From the NCBI GenBank assembly GCA_963793265.1, contig CAWBZI010000002.1:320001-384000 (forward strand): 64,000 nt of DNA, written 5' to 3'. This document shows positions 59,562 through 64,000 of the stretch, piece after piece; the first letter of the stretch is position 1, and every line of letters begins with the position of its first letter. A model generated the notes under the pieces. It ran no database searches. It was not told the DNA's origin and saw only the letters and a list, made by a program, of their open reading frames with translations. Made by a program: the position numbers and the translations under genes. This DNA comes from an uncultured cyanobacterium. GTDB taxonomy: Bacteria > Cyanobacteriota > Cyanobacteriia > Phormidesmidales > Phormidesmidaceae.

Positions 59562-60341
59562 GTGATGACAAAGCGACTAAAAGCAGTAGAGCTATTTTTG
59601 GCAGCCGGGCTCATAGCGGGTATGACGGCTTGCGGCGGAGCCACCACGACAGACGTAGATACGAGTGCTGCCCCAGATGCTACTGAAGTTGCTGAAGGCG
59701 GCGAGGGTGGTGAAGGCGGCGAGGGTGGTGAAGGTGGTGAAGGTAGTGAAGGCGGTGACTACAGCGAAGGCGAGCAGGCTAACGCTGACTTTGAAGACAA
59801 GCTTGAGGGCGCAGAACTGCTGAGTGCCCTGCAAGCAGGTGGCCACGTTATTTACTTTCGTCACGCTCAAACAGAAAGAGACTACGCTGACCAGGCCGAC
59901 CCCAACATGAGCCTGGATGACTGCGAAACCCAGCGCAAGCTCAACGACGTTGGCATAGGGCAAGCTGAGGCAATCGGTGCTGCCTTTACTGAGAAAAACA
60001 TTCCCGTTGGCGACGTCATCACCAGTGAATACTGTCGCGCTTGGGAAACTGCCGACATCGCCTTTGGCACTCACACTAAAAACGCCCAGCTCAACTTCTT
60101 GCCGTTTGAAGACTACACCGATGAGCAAGTTGTAGAGATGCAGGAAAACGTGATGCCTTTACTGACAGCAGTACCGCCTGCTGGTGAGAATACTGTGCTG
60201 GTTGGCCACGACGATATCTTTGAAGCTGCAACAGGTATCTACCCCGATCCGCAAGGTAGAGCTTACGTTCTAACGCCTGATGGTAACGGTAGCTTTACGA
60301 TTCAAGCGAATTTAGATCCTGAAGAATGGGCTGAGCTATAA
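59562..60341 (+). CDS. Histidine phosphatase family lipoprotein with (GGE)n linker
   Basis: Lipobox MTAC; EGGEGGEGG repeat at about 59695-59757; FRHA, SEYCRA.ETA, LVGH. Confidence 0.85.
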   Translation: MMTKRLKAVELFLAAGLIAGMTACGGATTTDVDTSAAPDATEVAEGGEGGEGGEGGEGGEGSEGGDYSEGEQANADFEDKLEGAELLSALQAGGHVIYFRHAQTERDYADQADPNMSLDDCETQRKLNDVGIGQAEAIGAAFTEKNIPVGDVITSEYCRAWETADIAFGTHTKNAQLNFLPFEDYTDEQVVEMQENVMPLLTAVPPAGENTVLVGHDDIFEAATGIYPDPQGRAYVLTPDGNGSFTIQANLDPEEWAEL

Positions 60342-60503
60342 GGGAGCTGCGCTCAAATAAAGTACCGGCAAACCGACAAATATTGCCCTGGGCTTAGCGT
60401 GCTAAGCCCCTACGTCACCGTCAATTTCTGTAGGGGCTTAGCACTGCTATGCCCGAGGCAATGAACAGCGCTATCAGCGGTACTTTATTTAGACGCATGT
60501 CCC
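60342..60503. mobile_element. MITE-like element with terminal IRs, TAA target duplication and internal GTAG-REP doublet
   Basis: TAA|GGGAgcTGCGctcAAATAAAGTACCG ... CGGTACTTTATTTagaCGCAtgTCCC|TAA; internal GGGCTTAGCGTGCTAAGCCCCTAC and GTAGGGGCTTAGCACTGCTATGCCC. Confidence 0.75.
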
Positions 60504-60593
60504 TAAGCTGCCAGACTGAGCACTTTCAGCACGGGCATCTTCTAGAACAAATCTTTCAGAGACGGTTGCTGTATAACGACAATTGATCTCATT

Positions 60594-61409
60594 TTATCCT
60601 CTGTCTCCTGAAATATAAGCGCGGGTAAGTTCGTGCTGAGGAGCCTGAAAGATCTGTTGAACTGTGCCGGTTTCAATCAGTCGGCCCGCGCCTTCTTCTA
60701 CCCAAAAAACAGCCACACGATTGGCCATGCGCCTGGCTTGAGCTAGATTGTGCGTCACCATGATGAGCGTGTAGGCGGGCTTTAAGCTCGCAATTAAATC
60801 TTCTACAACGCCACTAGAGAGCGGGTCGAGTGCGCTGCATGGTTCGTCGAGCAGCAGCACTTGGGGCTGTAAAATGAGCGCACGAGCAATGCATAGTCTC
60901 TGCTGCTGACCGCCAGATAGCGCCAAAGCTGACGTGTGTAGTCGGTCTTTTACTTCTGACCACAGCCCAACTTGCTGAAGAACGGTTTCTGTTCTGTGTG
61001 CGATCGCCTCACGATCCCTCAGCCCGTGCTCTTTCAATGGCAGCGCCAAATTCTTCTGAATAGAAAACGGAAACGGATTGGGCTTTTGAAAAATCAGCCC
61101 CACCTGCCGTCGCAGCGCCAGCAAATCAGCCTTAGCACTCATCGCTTCGATCTTACCAATGCGGATTCGACCCTGCACGCGGCAGTTCGGCAACAGATCG
61201 CTCAGCCGGTTTAGGCTCTGCAATAGGCTGCTTTTACCACAGCCCGACGGCCCCACTAGCGCCATTAACTCACCCGGTAGAACAGATAGATTCACCTCTG
61301 AAAACGCTGTTTTTTTGCCATAGTGTAGCGAGAGCCGCTCAATCTCTATGAGCGGGTCTACCCGCAAATTTGTAACTAATGATGCCAGGGGTGAGTTCTC
61401 AATAATCAT
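60594..61409 (-). CDS. pstB: Phosphate ABC transporter ATPase
   Basis: GPSGCGKS, FQKPNPFP, LSGGQQQRLCIAR, DEPCSALDP, VTHN. Confidence 0.93.
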   Translation of the reverse strand: MIIENSPLASLVTNLRVDPLIEIERLSLHYGKKTAFSEVNLSVLPGELMALVGPSGCGKSSLLQSLNRLSDLLPNCRVQGRIRIGKIEAMSAKADLLALRRQVGLIFQKPNPFPFSIQKNLALPLKEHGLRDREAIAHRTETVLQQVGLWSEVKDRLHTSALALSGGQQQRLCIARALILQPQVLLLDEPCSALDPLSSGVVEDLIASLKPAYTLIMVTHNLAQARRMANRVAVFWVEEGAGRLIETGTVQQIFQAPQHELTRAYISGDRG

Positions 61410-62257
61410 CGTGTTAGCAATCTCTCCTTTAACCAGTATTCGCTCAGGCCGGAGGCCAGCGCGTTAATAAACAACAGCAGCAACAGCAGCACAATCGCAG
61501 CAGCATAGGCATTGTCGTTCCCACCCGAGACGTTCATAGACAGATCGAAAATATGAATCGATAGGCTACGGCCAGAATCAAATAGAGAAGACGGCATTCG
61601 ATCGACGTAGCCACTGGTAAATATAAGCGCTGCGGTTTCGGCTAGCGCCCGCCCAATGCCTAAAATTAGCCCCACCGTCAAGCCCGGCAGCGCCGAGGGT
61701 AGCAGCACCTGGGAGAGCATTGTTGTTTTTGAAAACCCAAGTGCCGCGCCGCCCAGTCGGTATTCGTGTGGCACGGCGCGCAGTCCCTCTTCTGTGGTTC
61801 TAATTAGGATAGGTAGCACCATACAGGCCAGGGTTAATCCGCCTGCTAGAATCGAGAACCCAAGCCCTAACACCTTGCAAAAGAAGGCATTGCCAAACAG
61901 CCCAAAGACAATAGACGGCACGCCTGCTAGCACCTCTAAACTCAGCCGAATCCATCGGCCCAGCCCCCCATAAGCCAAAGACAGTTCGCTTAGAAAGAAA
62001 GCGGTGCCTAAGGCTATCGGCAGTGCGACCATCAAGCAAACGCTTAAGATCAACAGCGTAGATACCAAAATAGGGCCAATGCCGCCCTCGCGTCCGGCAT
62101 TCTCAGGCGCACTTACTAAAAATTGCCAGGACACATGAGCGAGCCCGTGCCAAAGCAAATCGCCAACGATCCAACAGAATGTTGCTGAAATCAGCACTGC
62201 TGTCAGCCAAACTGCCCCAGTTAGCAGACTATCTGCCCAGCGCCTGTAATCGCTCAT
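61406..62257 (-). CDS. pstA: Phosphate ABC transporter permease PstA
   Basis: GGIGP, LAGVPSIVFGLFG, GRALAETAAL. Confidence 0.92.
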   Translation of the reverse strand: MSDYRRWADSLLTGAVWLTAVLISATFCWIVGDLLWHGLAHVSWQFLVSAPENAGREGGIGPILVSTLLILSVCLMVALPIALGTAFFLSELSLAYGGLGRWIRLSLEVLAGVPSIVFGLFGNAFFCKVLGLGFSILAGGLTLACMVLPILIRTTEEGLRAVPHEYRLGGAALGFSKTTMLSQVLLPSALPGLTVGLILGIGRALAETAALIFTSGYVDRMPSSLFDSGRSLSIHIFDLSMNVSGGNDNAYAAAIVLLLLLLFINALASGLSEYWLKERLLTR

Positions 62258-62267
62258 TGAATATTAC

Positions 62268-63119
62268 TCATCGAACAATGCCTCCTTCTCGGCCCAGCCA
62301 GTCGGCTATCCCGACTAGCCCCACAATCGTCAGCAGCAAAATTAGCCCACTCACGAACAGCGCAGCGCGATGATCGCCGGTTGCATAGGCCATTTCCAGC
62401 GCAATATTAGCGGTTAGCGTCCGCATGGGTGAAAACAAACTCTCAGGCACCTGCACAACATTGCCGCAAACCATCAGCAGCGCCATTGTTTCTCCTAACG
62501 CCCGTCCGCCTGCTAGCACTAGCCCTGTTAATACGCCCGAGCGAGCTGCCGGTAGCAAAATATGCCGCAACTGCGTCCAGCGTGAGAGCCCTAGCGCGAT
62601 CGCCCCCTGCCGGTAGGCAAAGGGCACATCGCTCAAACTCGCCTGAGTCATCAGCGCCACTGTCGGCAAAATCATCAGCGTTAAAATAACAATGCCTGTA
62701 AACAACCCCTGCCCTGGCGGCTGCCAGCGGTTAATCATGGGCACCAGCACCACCAAACCCCAAAAGCCATACACCACCGAGGGAATGCCTGCTAGCAGCT
62801 CAATAATTCGGCGGTAAGCTTTAGCCAGTAGCGGCGGCGCGTACACCTGGCAAAACAGCGCTGAGAGAATGCCCAGTGGCGCAGATAGCGCGATCGCTCC
62901 GGCGGAGGTCAGCAGCGTACCATACACAATCGGCAACAGATTAAACTCGCCCGATGTCGGATTCCATTGGGCGTCTGTGAAGAAGGGGCGCAGGCCAATG
63001 CTGCTTAAAATTGGCCAGGTTTCGCGTAGTAAAAAGCCAGCAATCAGCAGCGTTATCAAGCCAGCGATCGCAGCAAATCCTTGCGCAAAAAAAGTAAGCG
63101 GGCGATCGCGCCATGCCAT
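62268..63119 (-). CDS. pstC: Phosphate ABC transporter permease PstC
   Basis: WNP, ELLAGIPSVVYGFWG, RALGETMA; ATG 63119 preceded by AAGGAG. Confidence 0.92.
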   Translation of the reverse strand: MAWRDRPLTFFAQGFAAIAGLITLLIAGFLLRETWPILSSIGLRPFFTDAQWNPTSGEFNLLPIVYGTLLTSAGAIALSAPLGILSALFCQVYAPPLLAKAYRRIIELLAGIPSVVYGFWGLVVLVPMINRWQPPGQGLFTGIVILTLMILPTVALMTQASLSDVPFAYRQGAIALGLSRWTQLRHILLPAARSGVLTGLVLAGGRALGETMALLMVCGNVVQVPESLFSPMRTLTANIALEMAYATGDHRAALFVSGLILLLTIVGLVGIADWLGREGGIVR

Positions 63120-63135
63120 TTCTCCTTTTTTAATG

Positions 63136-64000
63136 TCACTCCCCAATAATCGGGACAAAGTACTGCGTTTCAATAATCTCATAAGCGTCAGGAGACTGTG
63201 CAAATTCAACAAAAGCGCTGGCTTCATCCGTAAGCTCGTTTGGCGTTACCAAATTCAGCTCTCTAGAAATAGGAAACTGACCGCCCTTTACAGTAGCCGT
63301 ACTCGCCTCAATTCCGTCTATTTTCACCAGCTTAATCGGCACGCCCTGCTCAATACTGTTTTCCGCTGAACCAATCGAAACGTAGCCTACCGCGTTCTGG
63401 TTCCCGGCCACAGTTTTTATGCCTTGCTCATTATCTCCAATCACCACGTCAGCTTTAACATCAGCCGCCTCTAAGTCCAAATACTTCAAAAACAGCTCCA
63501 GCGTAGAGCGCCCCTCTGCTTTATTCACCACCGTAATCGGCTTGGCCGCTCCACCAACGGCCTGCCAGCTATCAACGTCTCCCCGATAAATCTGTTCTAT
63601 TTGACTTTCACTCAGCTCGCTAACAGGATTACTCTCATGCACAATCATCGCAATCCCATCTAGGGCAATCGGAAACGCCCTCAGGTCGGGTTCGTCTGCG
63701 CCAAGCGATCTTGAAACCATTCCCAAATCAGCCACCCCAGCGCGGGCGTCCGCAATTCCCCGAGAAGAGCCTCCCGACTGCACATCCACCCGCACGCCGG
63801 GATTATCTTGCTCAAACTGCTTACCAATCTCAGCCGCTAAAGGTGCAACCGTACTAGATCCTGTCAGCACAATCTTTCCCTGCAGCTCGCGCTGCCCCCC
63901 CGCTGAGACTTCTGCAGACTCGCTTGATTGAGAGCAAGATTGCAGCCACAGACTGCCCACCAGTCCAATACTAAGTAAAACCGAAGGTTTAACGTTAAGC
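63136..64000 (-). CDS. pstS: Phosphate ABC transporter substrate-binding lipoprotein (5' partial)
   Basis: Lipobox LQSC; GSSTV.P, GGSS.G, M.SR, IALDG; frame stays open to the window end. Confidence 0.9.
   Translation of the reverse strand, partial: LNVKPSVLLSIGLVGSLWLQSCSQSSESAEVSAGGQRELQGKIVLTGSSTVAPLAAEIGKQFEQDNPGVRVDVQSGGSSRGIADARAGVADLGMVSRSLGADEPDLRAFPIALDGIAMIVHESNPVSELSESQIEQIYRGDVDSWQAVGGAAKPITVVNKAEGRSTLELFLKYLDLEAADVKADVVIGDNEQGIKTVAGNQNAVGYVSIGSAENSIEQGVPIKLVKIDGIEASTATVKGGQFPISRELNLVTPNELTDEASAFVEFAQSPDAYEIIETQYFVPIIGE

Larger units (their letters stand above)
868..63110. repeat. Dispersed HIP1 octamer GCGATCGC
   Basis: Dozens of copies, e.g. at 868, 9089, 13589, 21447, 29586, 51245, 52629 and 63102. 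Confidence 0.95.

Noticed and set aside
59592..60128. 178-aa antisense ORF and similar short overlapping ORFs in the track
   Set aside because: They lie within well-supported genes and have no recognisable motifs
63120..63227. Long N-terminus of PstC
   Set aside because: Overlaps pstS; a better ATG with an RBS is at 63119

Overview
Gene-dense cyanobacterial chromosomal segment; the HIP1 octamer GCGATCGC recurs throughout. It contains, in order: the 3' part of a Wzy-dependent exopolysaccharide cluster ending in a GH74-like beta-propeller gene; divergent malQ and treS-maltokinase; leuA; a large lectin/PA14/lyase-like protein; an acyl-CoA dehydrogenase/LmbE/NodS/GT2 cluster of unknown product; an SLH-ELWxxDGT protein; a CBS-PAS-GGDEF-EAL enzyme divergent from a probable insert-Cys cyanobacteriochrome kinase; a glycogen debranching enzyme; a pseudo-adenylate kinase-thioredoxin fusion; PEP-CTERM and GEVED surface proteins; a type I R-M locus; remnants of an iron-limitation region with Fur-like boxes; a REP-containing MITE; and pstSCAB. 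The most unusual region is the type I R-M locus. It carries cargo between the hsd genes (VapBC-like pair, YgiT remnant, and a four-helix-bundle gene between two heptamer-repeat hairpins). It also shows a strong G/T-to-C/A strand-composition flip across the cargo zone and around each HsdS target recognition domain. All calls come from reading motifs by eye; no database searches were run. No rRNA, tRNA or CRISPR array was recognised.
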